Positions 15,169 through 26,161 of a stretch of 64,000 bases of DNA are shown piece after piece (position 1 is the first letter of the stretch; the number at the start of each line of letters is the position of its first letter). The stretch lies in the NCBI GenBank assembly GCA_000182565.2, contig KQ257454.1; one strand, 5' to 3'. Position numbers and translations under genes: made by a program. The notes below the pieces were generated by a model. The model made no database searches. It was not told the DNA's origin and saw only the letters and a program-made list of their open reading frames with translations. This stretch comes from Spizellomyces punctatus DAOM BR117. Lineage: Eukaryota.

Positions 15169-15828
15169 ATGCTCATCAAAGTAAAGGTACGTTGTCAATT
15201 GGGGTATCGACCGTCGCTCTGTTCTCAGACGCTTGGTAATGTCCACGTTCTAATTCTGTTTTTGCATGGCATCCAGACGTTGACTGGCAAAGAGGTATGG
15301 GCTACAATGAACCAATGAAGACTATCGCCAATCCTGGCGTTTGTACTCTCTGTGTTGGTGATATATGAGAAGTATCTAATTCTATCTCCTTTTGCATATC
15401 AGATTGAAATCGACATCGAGCCAAATGATAAAGTAATACCTTGGTCAATCGCGCCATCGTGTTCGACAGTTTCGATAGTTTGTGACAGCTAATCACACAT
15501 GTGCTTCTTACCAGATTACCAGAATCAAAGAGCGGGTTGAGGAAAAGGAGGGTATACCTCCGGCGCAACAACGGTAGGTCTAATGTGGCCTATATCGGAG
15601 TCCTCACGCAAAGATCCTTACCTGTCATCAATCAGATTGATTTTTGGTGGCAAGCAAATGTAGGTTTTGTAGTCTCTACAGGACGATCATGTCTCCGACA
15701 GAGACCGCCTGAAGGATGATATATGATATCTCTCTCTTAGGGCTGATGAGAAGACCGCTACGGACTACAACATCGAGGCTGGATCGGTACTACATTTGGT
15801 ATTAGCGCTTCGTGGGGGACGGATGTAA
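15169..15828 (+). CDS. NEDD8: NEDD8/Rub1 ubiquitin-like protein (6 small exons, missed by the ORF track)
   Basis: Spliced: [78 protein letters not shown]. Confidence 0.97.
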
Positions 15829-15906
15829 TTTCAAGATTTGGAATAAATTACTACGGTGCGGAAAAGGATAGGCAATATGCCTTTCTTTATTTTGCAATGC
15901 GGTAGA

Positions 15907-18900
15907 TCATATTTGATGGGATATTTGAGCAGCAAGTTCGTGGTTTTGGATTCTTGCCGCGACTTTCGCAAGCCGGTTCCAAAATGATCTATAAGATGAT
16001 GAAATGATTAAGCATAACTGGACGTGGGTCGCTTACCAGCTTCATCTACTTACTGATCGTAACCACCATGTCGATGTCGTTGTATAAAATCTTTCAGCGC
16101 CGCATCAAACGATGCGAGGAATACGGTCCCCTCTGCTATCCAACCAGCGGGTATGCCTTCCGCAATTTTTTCGAGTTTGTCCAAGTCTAGAGGCCCACTT
16201 GAGGCCACCCTGACGATAGGAATCAGCTGTCGATTAAGTAGCTTGTCGATTGCCAGTGATTGGACAGTTGCTCGTGGTAAATATCGCCCCCATTTCAGGA
16301 CCGTCATGAACAGCTGAAGGACGAACGGATAATGAGCTCAGCATGGCACTAACCTGAATTGATAGCCATGGCATTTACCTTGAAAGTTATCCAGAACCAG
16401 TGATTTCGTGATTCAATCATGGCTTCAGTAAGACTTGGTCGTAGACGCGTAACGAAGAAGTTATATCGGTCCACCGTAGCATCGGTAGTCCGGGTTAGCC
16501 GCATTTCTATTGCGCTAACTAGACCCTGCGAATTGAGCAGGATGTGTAAGTTCATGTCTTAACAGCCCTGATATCCTATGAACGTCGGGCACAGGCTATC
16601 TACCTTGAAAGCTTGATCTTCCACATGCACATAATCAAGGCATTGGCCCATAATATTGATCAAGGCATTGGTTTGCTCCTCAGAATTTGGATCATACGTG
16701 TCCACCAAAGCTTTAATGCGTGGGATGACCGCTTTTTCCGCAATCCGTGATAAGAGCTTCGTGTCTGGATCATCCGCATTCATTACATGCGGTGAGGTTA
16801 TGCCATAGTCCATCAGTGTGCGGTGCCACTCCATTGCTTCCAAGACGATAGGTATCTGGAGAAATGACAGGAAGAACTGATGAACATCGCCGTGCTATTT
16901 TGCAATTCAGCCATCAGCCGTCTTACATCCTGCAGACTCTGCGTCAAAAGCTCCCCTCGCACAAACAGCTCGAATATCCCTGGCACACTCAATGATCCGT
17001 AACCATCCTCATAGTCTTTTGGATACTTCCGCTTCCATATTTCAAATCGCTTCTTAATAATAGGCAGTGAGCGAAACTCGTCATCAGTATCGTCAAACAA
17101 ATGCTCCAGCCGTTGTCGCACACGGCCTGCCCAAAGTTCCAGATTAGATAAAGCAGATCCATAACTTGCAGACGATAAAAGTAACAGTGAGGTACCTAGT
17201 CTGGAAGCTAATTCCGCCTCATTGGTAGGCTGCTGTACTTCATCGGTTTCCATTTCCCCAAAAGGCATTTGTCCATTCGTTTCTTGTGGTGGCGCTGGTA
17301 AACTTCAGTGATCACCCTCTCGGGCACAAAATGGATCGATATGTTTGCTTACCCGTCCAGATTGCAAAAGTTGCAAACCAGTCATCCATGACTTTTTCCC
17401 GCTGTTCGAAGATAAGTTTGTTACGGGCTTTGATAATGGAATGATACTCCATTTCAAGGCTTTCGAGTTCTGGGAACTATCCAAATATCTTTCAGCTCCT
17501 TGCGACGGGAAGATAGCTTACAATAACAGTAGCATACCTTGGTATCCAGAAAATCGGCCAGATCCTCGATATACGTTTTGAGATCCTGAAAGTAGGTATA
17601 TCGTTCGGAAGAACCCTTGGTATCCGACTCCAGACTTGCGGTTGCTATAGTCGACTTTTGTGCCTCATGCTTGATTTGCTCAAGCTGACGGATGTGATTC
17701 TCATGGGTTGCTTCCAGATTGCTGAGGGTAGATGCTAAGCGAGAGCACACAGCGCTAACTGAGGGAATTGGTATTGAGGCGGGGACTGGACGGGTGAAAG
17801 GTTAGCCAGTAAAAAGCAGGGACGGTTATGCCCAATATCAGCTCACTCTGTGCAGGTGCTGGTGGGCGCGACTGCGGCTCTGGCTTGGCGTCGTGCACCT
17901 TTGGTTTACGTCCTTTCCGAATCTGCTCCATTTCCCACCGACGGACCTCCTCATCTTCCACATCTTCTTCCTGTCTAGTGAGAAGCTTGAATGAGGAAAT
18001 GGTCGTAGTTCTTCCAGCATCGAAGCGCCATCCTTACGCATGGATAAGGTTCCCTTCCATTTCCTTCTGTCTCCGTTCTTCCTCTTGCTTTACTGCCTCA
18101 CGTCCAAATGTAATACGATCACCCTCGTAGTCTTCAAAAGCCTCCTCTCCTTCGATCTCTTCATCCTCGGTTACCAGCCGCGACTCATGTTTGTAAGACT
18201 GCCCAACCTATCATAGGAGAACAGTTGAGCATCATCCATATGCTGCATACAAGCCTAACAGATTGATACCTCTCGGGAACTAGATAAAGGAATGAAATTG
18301 ACAGAGGATTCTTTGGCTCCACTGATAGCAGCAGCCCTCTTCTGTTCACGCAATTTTCGAGCGGCGTGAATCGTAGCTGCATCTGGGATACTCTCTGCCA
18401 GGGAAAGGGGGGCCAGGTCGTCTGCCAACATATTTGAGGAAGAAAACAGGGAATCGGTCGTGCCAGAAGAAGGTGGGGCTGTTCGCTGGCTCTCCTTCAG
18501 GGCACGCAAACTTTCCGTTGAGTAGTTGCCGTTTGCGAAAGCATCCACTGTGCGCTCGGGAACAAGTTCGCGGTTGACCTTCGCTTTTGTCATTCGACGG
18601 CTAGCTGCTGTTTTCTTTATGGTAAAAGATTCATTTGTGCCCTGCGTCGGCAGTCAATGCATGAATATCGTTCATTGTGAGCACCGTGTTTAAAAAGTAT
18701 TCAGCACCCACCTCGTCGTCTTCGCCAAAGCTCAACGCAACTCCTGTTCCACCTTTTGGCTTTGCTTTCGGCTTTTGAGCACTTTTCCCCTCTTTTTTAA
18801 TGCTATTTGCGATGGCCTTGACCTCTAGCTCCCCACCCGTTTTACCCTCCCTTCCATTGCCGTTACCGTCAAGAGCGACATTGTCACTCCCATCCTCGTC

Positions 18901-18966
18901 CTCATACACCTGTATCTTCTTTCTCAAGTTCTTCGCCTTTGGTTTCCGAAAAGACGCAAAGCTCAT
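15907..18966 (-). CDS. GC-rich sequence DNA-binding factor (PAXBP1/GCFC2/Ntr2-like spliceosome disassembly factor)
   Basis: LSFGEDD, IPDAATIHAARKLRE, WEMEQIRKG, YTYFQDLKTYIEDL, FEIWKRKYPKDYEDGYGSL, EAMEWH. Confidence 0.85.
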
Positions 18967-19028
18967 AGCTCCCACGATCTAGATTACATGAAGATAGCCT
19001 TTGGATTTGACGATGGGTTCATCCCTTG

Positions 19029-19046
19029 GTTGTCACAGCAACAAGC
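19029..19046. promoter_or_regulatory. X-box-like palindrome GTTGTCACAGCAAC followed by AAGC
   Basis: Lies in the roughly 140-bp divergent gap between the GCFC2-like and COX23-like genes. Confidence 0.5.
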
Positions 19047-19105
19047 TCTGTGCGCAGCTCCTCCATGGGTGAGCTATGGTCTTCTGAACTCGTTTGCACT
19101 AGACG

Positions 19106-19495
19106 ATGGGCCAAGCTCCGTCCAACCTGGAGCCCATGGCTTCTTTCTGCCAGGTTGAGGCACTTGCGTCACAAAAATGTATGCAGCAGCATAACTATGA
19201 TAGGTATGTTTGCTAAGGCGTGTGGAACCGACGTAGCTCGCCATTCCTATATTTCCTACGTTCTATTGTTAACTGGAAGTTACTCCCGTTCACAGAGAAG
19301 CATATCGACGGCCGTGCCGGCAGGCTTTTCAAGACTATCGCGACTGTAAGCAACGATGGGTAAGCATTGGAGATTTGTATATCATACGTTTAGAGATATT
19401 ACAGACGAGACTTGGAAGCCACGTTTGACCTTTAAGTTTGCTCCTAGCATGACTTAAAAGCCCAGTTGTTGCGAGATGCTGCCAAGAAGGGGTAG
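19106..19495 (+). CDS. COX23: Twin CX9C mitochondrial IMS protein, COX23/CHCHD7-like (3 exons, missed by the ORF track)
   Basis: Spliced: MGQAPSNLEPMASFCQVEALASQKCMQQHNYDR-EAYRRPCRQAFQDYRDCKQRW-HDLKAQLLRDAAKKG*; last-exon acceptor uncertain. Confidence 0.75.
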
Positions 19496-19733
19496 AACAA
19501 GTGATTCGCCATGATCCTAGCTTCACGATCCAGAGCCGCCGCAGTGGCAATCTGTGCACTGGCCCCGACCATTCATATTAAAGAAACCTTTGCATTTGTA
19601 CTCTTCACTCTGTAATGTATTTATACAACCAAAAATAACAAACTTGGTTCACCTATAAAAAGTATTTACTATGACATCAATAATCTGTAGTTGGAAAATC
19701 GTTAACTTGATGAGCGAAAAATGCCCACATCTA

Positions 19734-21546
19734 CTAATTTCTTCCCTTTCGGGTTCCAAACACTGTCCCAATTACTGAGCTCGCCATGCTGGCCAAGGAC
19801 GTAATAGGTCGCGGGGTATGATCAACGACTTGTCGCGTACACGATTCGAGAGTACTTCGCAGCCGACTGTAAGCCTCTTCACGATGTGCTCGTAGGTCAG
19901 CAATCTATTTGCGCAGACACCACATAATTAATGTGAGGAGCACCAAAGTGAGGGCAGCAGCGCGTCATTACCTCATCTCTCAACCCAGCCATGTCAAGCT
20001 CCCAACAGCGTGTCCGCGTTCGCTCAATCCATTTTGTCCATTCCCAGTCCTGCTTGCGAGGAGTCAGCTGTCCTGAATCTACACCCCTCACTGTTGCGCC
20101 TTGGTATGGTTCGTCCTCATCTCCTTCATCTATCCCAGTTACTCCCCCAAACGCCATTTCTTCTTCAAAGTGCTCCATATCACTAGCTCTGATATCTTCC
20201 AATTGTTCTCTCAGCTCGTCGACTACCCTGCTCTGTCTGGCATACTCGTCTTTCAGCCCTTCTGTTTCCGCCACCTTAGCCTCTAACTCTTTCGCATGAA
20301 CGCTCAGTTCTTCTAGCTCTATTCGTTGCATTGCACAACGACGATCCGATTCTTTCTTTGCAACCAGCAGCTTGGCATTTTCGGTCTCCAGGTCTTTAAC
20401 CCGTCGGCCAAGATCCTGGATAATCTCCTGATCGGTCTGCTCGAGTTCTTTCGTGTCCCGACGAACTTCTGCGTGTTCACGCAATAATCTGCGCCTGTCA
20501 ACTTCGAGTTCTGCAGCGGCCTGAGCCGTTGCCTGCAACTCATTACGAAGTTGATCCAGATCTCGTTCAAAATTCGATACGACGCGCGCATGACCCGCTT
20601 CTGCATCCCGAAGGTCCTGCAGTGTAGCACGTAGCTGGTCTTGTAGACTTGCATTGTTGCGTCGCAAGTTTGATACCGTTTGCCGATGGATTCGCTCCGC
20701 GTCGCGCAGATTCGCTTCCAATACGTCAAGTTGGGCTCTTAGATCCGTATTCGCTCGCTCGAGAGAGTTGACATACTCTAGTGTTCCGATCGACCGTCGA
20801 CGGGATAGGGAAGGTGCTGTAGTACTGGTTGGTGAATCTGAGCTTAAAGATGGTTCGGAAGCAGCGACTAAATCGATGCTCAGCGAGGCTTTTGATCTCC
20901 TTCGCGCTAGGCTTCGAAGAGACCCTCCCCTCAGACTAGCTCTAGATCCATATTGCGGTGCCTGGACATTCAACTGTTGTAGCGATTTTGTTCTATTGAC
21001 CAATTCTTGATATTCTGTCATGAGAGAGTTGTTGGCGGCTACAAGCTGCTGACCGATTTCAGCGGCCAGAGTTAAATCTGGAGCAAAATTATCATCAACG
21101 GCAGCTCATTGTTCTTCGCCGGCACGGCACAGTGTCCCTACCTCTTTCCTTATCTTTGAGCGCTTCCAACGCATCCTTTAGCTTGGTCCGTAGATCCTGT
21201 TCACTCCAAGAATCCACCAGCTCCAGAGGAGCATTGTTGAAAATCAACGCGCTTCGTCGTTTTGATGCTCTCGTTAGCGACCGCATAGACCGCACCTCAT
21301 CGGCAACGGCATTACCAATGGCTGTAAAGCAACAATGTAATCAGCGTCTTCTCCATTTCTACCACCATTGCGATCCCAACCAGAACGACCGGCCTGAGAG
21401 ATGTGATACAGGCTACACTTACTTGTTACTACAAAGTCAGCCTTTTCAACCTCGGGAGACGATGAGGAGGGACTTGTTGGTCCAAACGTTTGCGATAGAT
21501 TAGGGCGATCGCTCAAGTCGAGCGGCGATGGAGGAAGAACTGTCAT
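19734..21546 (-). CDS. Long coiled-coil protein with an N-terminal CC1-box-like motif (HAP1/BICDR/TRAK-like)
   Basis: Spliced KDKER-DLTLAAEIGQQLV followed by about 200 aa of heptad-rich sequence. Confidence 0.7.
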
Positions 21547-22025
21547 GAGCAGGTAGCAAACCCTACAGCGCCAGAGCCTGACGGTCGCAACCCGGTCGAT
21601 ATATGAGGTGAGATAGAGTTGGTTCTTGATATGCTCCCTATGGCTGCCAGATTCTGCTGGCGAATAATTGTTACAGTGCCACTACACTGCCAAAGTTTAG
21701 TCAGTACACACGAGGCAACAGAGCGGAATTAGTGCCTATTGCATACAGGCAAGGTAAGAGCAAATGTGTTTGAGAGGTTCCGTTGTAAATGTAGGTGAAA
21801 CTTGTGCAGATCTCAAATGAGGTGCGACGAAATCCAGCGCTAGCCGAAATGATCACATCATTTGGAATCATTGACACATGTAGTTACCCTAAGGACGCGC
21901 GTGACAGCGCCGCATCCACAACATGACTGGAACTTTCATGCGTTTATTTATCCTTCAATGTTTAATATTGAGATATGTATATTATCATATGGCATCCGGT
22001 AGAATACATGTGACGATAACGACTG

Positions 22026-24131
22026 TCACCGGCTCAACTGTTCCTTTTTCTTCTTTTTCTTTATTTTCGCCCGCTTCTCAGATCCATTACCTTGTTGACT
22101 TGTCGATGCAGCTACATTCTCTTGAACATTAGGTCGAGTGGTCTCCTTCCCGACTGGCACCCGCTTCACTTTCTTCTTCTTCTTTTGCAGTTTCTCGTCA
22201 TCTGAATGCTGAAGTTTCCGCTTTTCCGCTGTCTCAGATCCATGAAGAGCAGTAGCATGTGCCTGATCGAGTTGTATCAGCGCATCTCCGCCACCTTCTT
22301 TTTTCAGCTTTTTTCTTTCAGGGATCCCTTGGGATTGATTCTTCTCGCGCGACGAACTTTTCTTTTTCTTCTTTTTTATCCGTGCCTGCAGATGTTGTAT
22401 ATCTCCTTTCTGATGGCTCTCATCGGGGTTTGACCTTTTAGTCTGTCCACGGGCCGAATCTGCGTGATCTGCTCGCAATGGCTGATGTTCATCCGCTAAC
22501 TCTGCATCCTGTCCTTCGCAAATTTCCTGATCATAGATGTCAATGTCCGGTCTTGCTGCCAAGTCAATAGGACGTGTCCTATCGAATTCCAACTCCCTAT
22601 TCAACTGGTCCTTCGCATTAGCAGCTCCCTCCACTCTGACTTGCAGATCCCGCCTTACTATACTAAAATCTAGGTCCTCTTCTTCGCTATCAAGGGTATC
22701 GGGAAGCAATTCTACTTGATCAATCTTTTCATCATCGCTATCCTCAATGAACTCCTCGGATTTGATGTTAGGTAGGGGCATAAGTGATAACGCGATTCTC
22801 ACAGTCTCAATGAAAGTGTAGCTTTCCAAATCTGGAACTCGCGCTCTTGCTCTAAGCCATCGCTCTTTGAGTTTGCTAGCAGGCCACATCTTCCAATCCT
22901 CACCCTTCAAAGCATCCCAGTCGACTTCAGACTCATCATATGCGCCGTCACAGAGAGCCAGCATTCGGGATAGCAGCTCCCGGTCATCGTTTGTAGTCCA
23001 AACTGGCCGTGGTGTTTCCTCAGACTCGAATTCCGATAAGCTCGCGATATTTTTATACCATTGCCACCGGAGTTGTGAGGCACTTCTGGTTTCGAACTTC
23101 GCGGCAACCAGCGACCACTGGTTGAATTTGAGAGGATCGTCAATACCGTCGCGTTCCATGACTTCTTTGACGATTGTCACCAGCCGTTCGTGCTCCTCTT
23201 TCGTCCAGGTTCTCTCTCGAATATCTTTCGGGCATTTCTCCCAAAACATAATCCGCCGCCAGCGCAACCTACTAGCATTATCACGTAGGCCCATCTCTCG
23301 ATCAATGTCTGCCCATTTCATCCCTCTTAGCACTAGGGCCCTTAGCCTGTCATCTGCTTCTTCAGTCCACTCCATCTTGACCTTTCTAGGCTGACAGTCC
23401 CATGTTGCATTATACGTCCTCTTCAAGTAAACCATCAATTGTGAAAGGGTGCGGTTAATTCGTGCAGCTCTGTGTACTTGAAGCATCCATTTGGTATACC
23501 GCTTATTTGCGTATGGATTTTCTATCGGTGCCCCCTCCGTATCGGTCAATTTGGTGCGCCGGGTAATCAGCAAAGGAAGGTCTTCCTTAGGTATGGCATG
23601 CTCCTCTAAGTATAGGTCGATGGCGTGCTGGATTCTCTCACGTTCTCCGGTAGTGAACGGTCCTTGAGCGTAGGTGTCTGCAAATGTTGCGTGAAGCTGG
23701 TAGTTTTTCTTGTACGTAAATGTGTTAGATGGAGGACGGTCGTCCTCTTCTGGATCAGGTGCACCTTTTCGGGTGCGGAGACTGGCGGCATAAGCCTCTG
23801 AGCGCTCCACCGGTGGTTTGTGATAGTCAGCCGCTCTCGTCGATCTCTTGACTTTCTTTGCCTCTTTTGACTTGTCAGAAGTGCTCCTCTTGCAGTCCAC
23901 AGCTACATGGGATTTCGATTCAAGGACATTTGAATTGTCTTCGGGGCTAAGACTAATTTTTGGGAATGCTTCTGACTCCGTGGCATTTACGGTCAAGGTC
24001 TGTCGGGAAGGAGTTGACTTTGCTGCCCGTCCTCCTTGCTCCCCAATACGCTTCCGTTTCTGTTTTCCCATCGAGCTTGAACAGGCAACTCCATTTTTCC
24101 GCTTCGACTGGGACTTGTTTTCCGTGGTCAT
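22026..24131 (-). CDS. Myb/SANT-repeat DNA-binding protein, Reb1/TTF1/DMTF1-like; single exon
   Basis: GPFTTGE, WTEEADDRL...W, WTKEEHERL...WSLVA...RSASQLRWQW, WTTNDDRELL...EVDWDAL; basic NLS/NoLS-like tail. Confidence 0.8.
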   Translation of the reverse strand: MTTENKSQSKRKNGVACSSSMGKQKRKRIGEQGGRAAKSTPSRQTLTVNATESEAFPKISLSPEDNSNVLESKSHVAVDCKRSTSDKSKEAKKVKRSTRAADYHKPPVERSEAYAASLRTRKGAPDPEEDDRPPSNTFTYKKNYQLHATFADTYAQGPFTTGERERIQHAIDLYLEEHAIPKEDLPLLITRRTKLTDTEGAPIENPYANKRYTKWMLQVHRAARINRTLSQLMVYLKRTYNATWDCQPRKVKMEWTEEADDRLRALVLRGMKWADIDREMGLRDNASRLRWRRIMFWEKCPKDIRERTWTKEEHERLVTIVKEVMERDGIDDPLKFNQWSLVAAKFETRSASQLRWQWYKNIASLSEFESEETPRPVWTTNDDRELLSRMLALCDGAYDESEVDWDALKGEDWKMWPASKLKERWLRARARVPDLESYTFIETVRIALSLMPLPNIKSEEFIEDSDDEKIDQVELLPDTLDSEEEDLDFSIVRRDLQVRVEGAANAKDQLNRELEFDRTRPIDLAARPDIDIYDQEICEGQDAELADEHQPLRADHADSARGQTKRSNPDESHQKGDIQHLQARIKKKKKKSSSREKNQSQGIPERKKLKKEGGGDALIQLDQAHATALHGSETAEKRKLQHSDDEKLQKKKKKVKRVPVGKETTRPNVQENVAASTSQQGNGSEKRAKIKKKKKKEQLSR

Positions 24132-24189
24132 GACTTTCTGCCAATCGAAAATTACGAAACCTGCCTGACTATCAGCAACATCTTGTATT

Positions 24190-24207
24190 GTTGCTATAGC
24201 AACAAGC
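24190..24207. promoter_or_regulatory. Perfect X-box palindrome GTTGCTATAGCAAC followed by AAGC
   Basis: Part of an 18-bp perfect palindrome TTGTTGCTATAGCAACAA in the 145-bp Myb/HADH divergent gap. Confidence 0.6.
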
Positions 24208-24276
24208 AGTGACTAGTCTGCCGATCCTCTCCGATTGTCCTCTACCGTTCCACCCTCCAAATCCTCCCCAAACACC

Positions 24277-25529
24277 ATGGCCTCAATGCTCTCTAGCACC
24301 GCTTACATCGCCGCGAAGGCCTCTCTCCGCACTGCCAATCCGACAAGAATCCTCGCGGCTAGCTACGCCACCTCGGCCAATGTGAAGAAGATCACCGTTA
24401 TCGGGTCGGGCTTGATGGGCGCTGGTGGGTCCACATCCTTGTCTATTACACACATTTGGAGTACTCTATTGTCTAACCGCTTGACAGGTATTGTGCAGGT
24501 GGCTGCCCAGTCCGGATACCACGTGAACATGGTGGATCTGAAAGAGGAGTTTCTTGCGAAGGGTGAAAAAATCATCACATCTTCGCTGAAGCGAGTCGCC
24601 AAAAAGAAGCACGGCGATGATGCAGCTGCTTCAAAGAAGTTTATTGATGAAGTAATGTCCCGTATCAGCCTGTCGACTGATTCTAACAAGGCTGCATCCG
24701 AGTCCGATTTGGTCGTTGAAGCCATTGTTGAGAACATCAAAACGAAACAGGCTCTCTTCAAGGCCCTCGACGAGGCTGCCCCAAAAGACGCTATCTTTGC
24801 CAGCAACACCTCATCTCTTCCTATTGCTGACATTGCTGCCGCGACGAACAGGAAAGACAAATTTGCAGGATTGCACTTCTTCAACCCGGTGCCACAAATG
24901 AAGCTTGTGGAGATCATTCGCATTCCGGAGACTTCTGACGAAGTATTCAACACTCTTAGTGATGTGACCAAAAAGATGGGTAAAGTACCAGTTGCGTGCA
25001 AAGACACTCCCGGGTAAGAAACAAGAGCACATCATGAGTTTTGCAATTCCGGGTGTTCATGAAAAACAACCCCTCTAGATTTATTGTGAACCGTTTATTG
25101 GTGCCGTACATGATGGAATCTTTGCGTCTCGTGGAGCGCGGTGATGCTTCCATGCAAGACGTTGACACTGGAATGAAGCTTGGAGCAGGATACCGTAAGT
25201 TTTGTGTGGGCTGGTACTGTCGGTGCCTCTAGCTAACAAATATCCTATGCAGCGATGGGTCCCTTCGAGTTGATGGACGTAAGTGTGACCCTGCAGTGTT
25301 GTATCGTGGTATGAAAGGTATCTAACGTTTTCCCCAGTATGTCGGCCTCGACACAATCAAGTTTATCACCGATGGTTGGTACAAATCCGGTAAGGGATTG
25401 GTTGGCGACAAGCTTGTTGCACCTTCTCCCCTTTTGGAAAAGCTTGTGAAGGAGGGACATCTTGGTAGGAAGAGCGGAAAGGGCTTCTACACGTACGAAG
25501 GTGTAGGCGCCGATAAGGGAAAGAAATAA
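24277..25529 (+). CDS. HADH: Mitochondrial 3-hydroxyacyl-CoA dehydrogenase
   Basis: Presequence-like N-terminus, [46 protein letters not shown]. Confidence 0.95.
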
Positions 25530-26161
25530 GTTTTAAATCATATGTAATATTTGCTGCAGCGTTACAATTTGCTAATACACGCATCATCCTTGATCATCCT
25601 TGTCCAGTATGTCAATTGTAATACTCCTCTGTAACCCACCCCCGCCAAAAGACAGTTTAGCTGAACGTTTCAAACAGGCTATTTGGTTGGTCAATATAGT
25701 CAAGTACTGGGCACACCACATCCCTGGATGGGCTCCCGCTATTCTGTAGCAAAAGAATTCAATGCAATATCCAATTCATGAAATTTGAAGAAGGCCATGA
25801 AAGGGCTAAGATGTTCCTTACAGAAAACCATTTGAGAGCAAATTATCAATTCCTAGTTCGATGTCAGTCTGTGGATTATGTAAGTGATGAGTAATCACAA
25901 ACTTCAGCTCCACTGATCAACGAGCTGATCTGTCAAGGAGCAAACCGACCTTTGGAATACTGTTGATTTCTGCCGGACGTCCCTTCCACGGTTAAACTGA
26001 AGGTGAATAGCCAGTTGCAGTGCTTAAATTCCCGCATTTTTACTATAGTTATTAACCTGGGTCTTTATTGTGGTGCATTTAATCAGTGTTGCTGCGGAAG
26101 CGCATACTGGAACGAACCCTACGATTGACATAAATATCACATACCGATACTCTCATTCAAA

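Noticed and set aside
24363-25007. 214-aa antisense ORF, and similar ones over GTPBP, RPL16 and the Myb gene
   Set aside because: Mirror frames of well-supported genes
25886-26001. Possible C/D snoRNA (GTGATGA ... CTGA)
   Set aside because: No terminal stem, and only about 9 nt of recalled 18S complementarity, poorly placed relative to the D box
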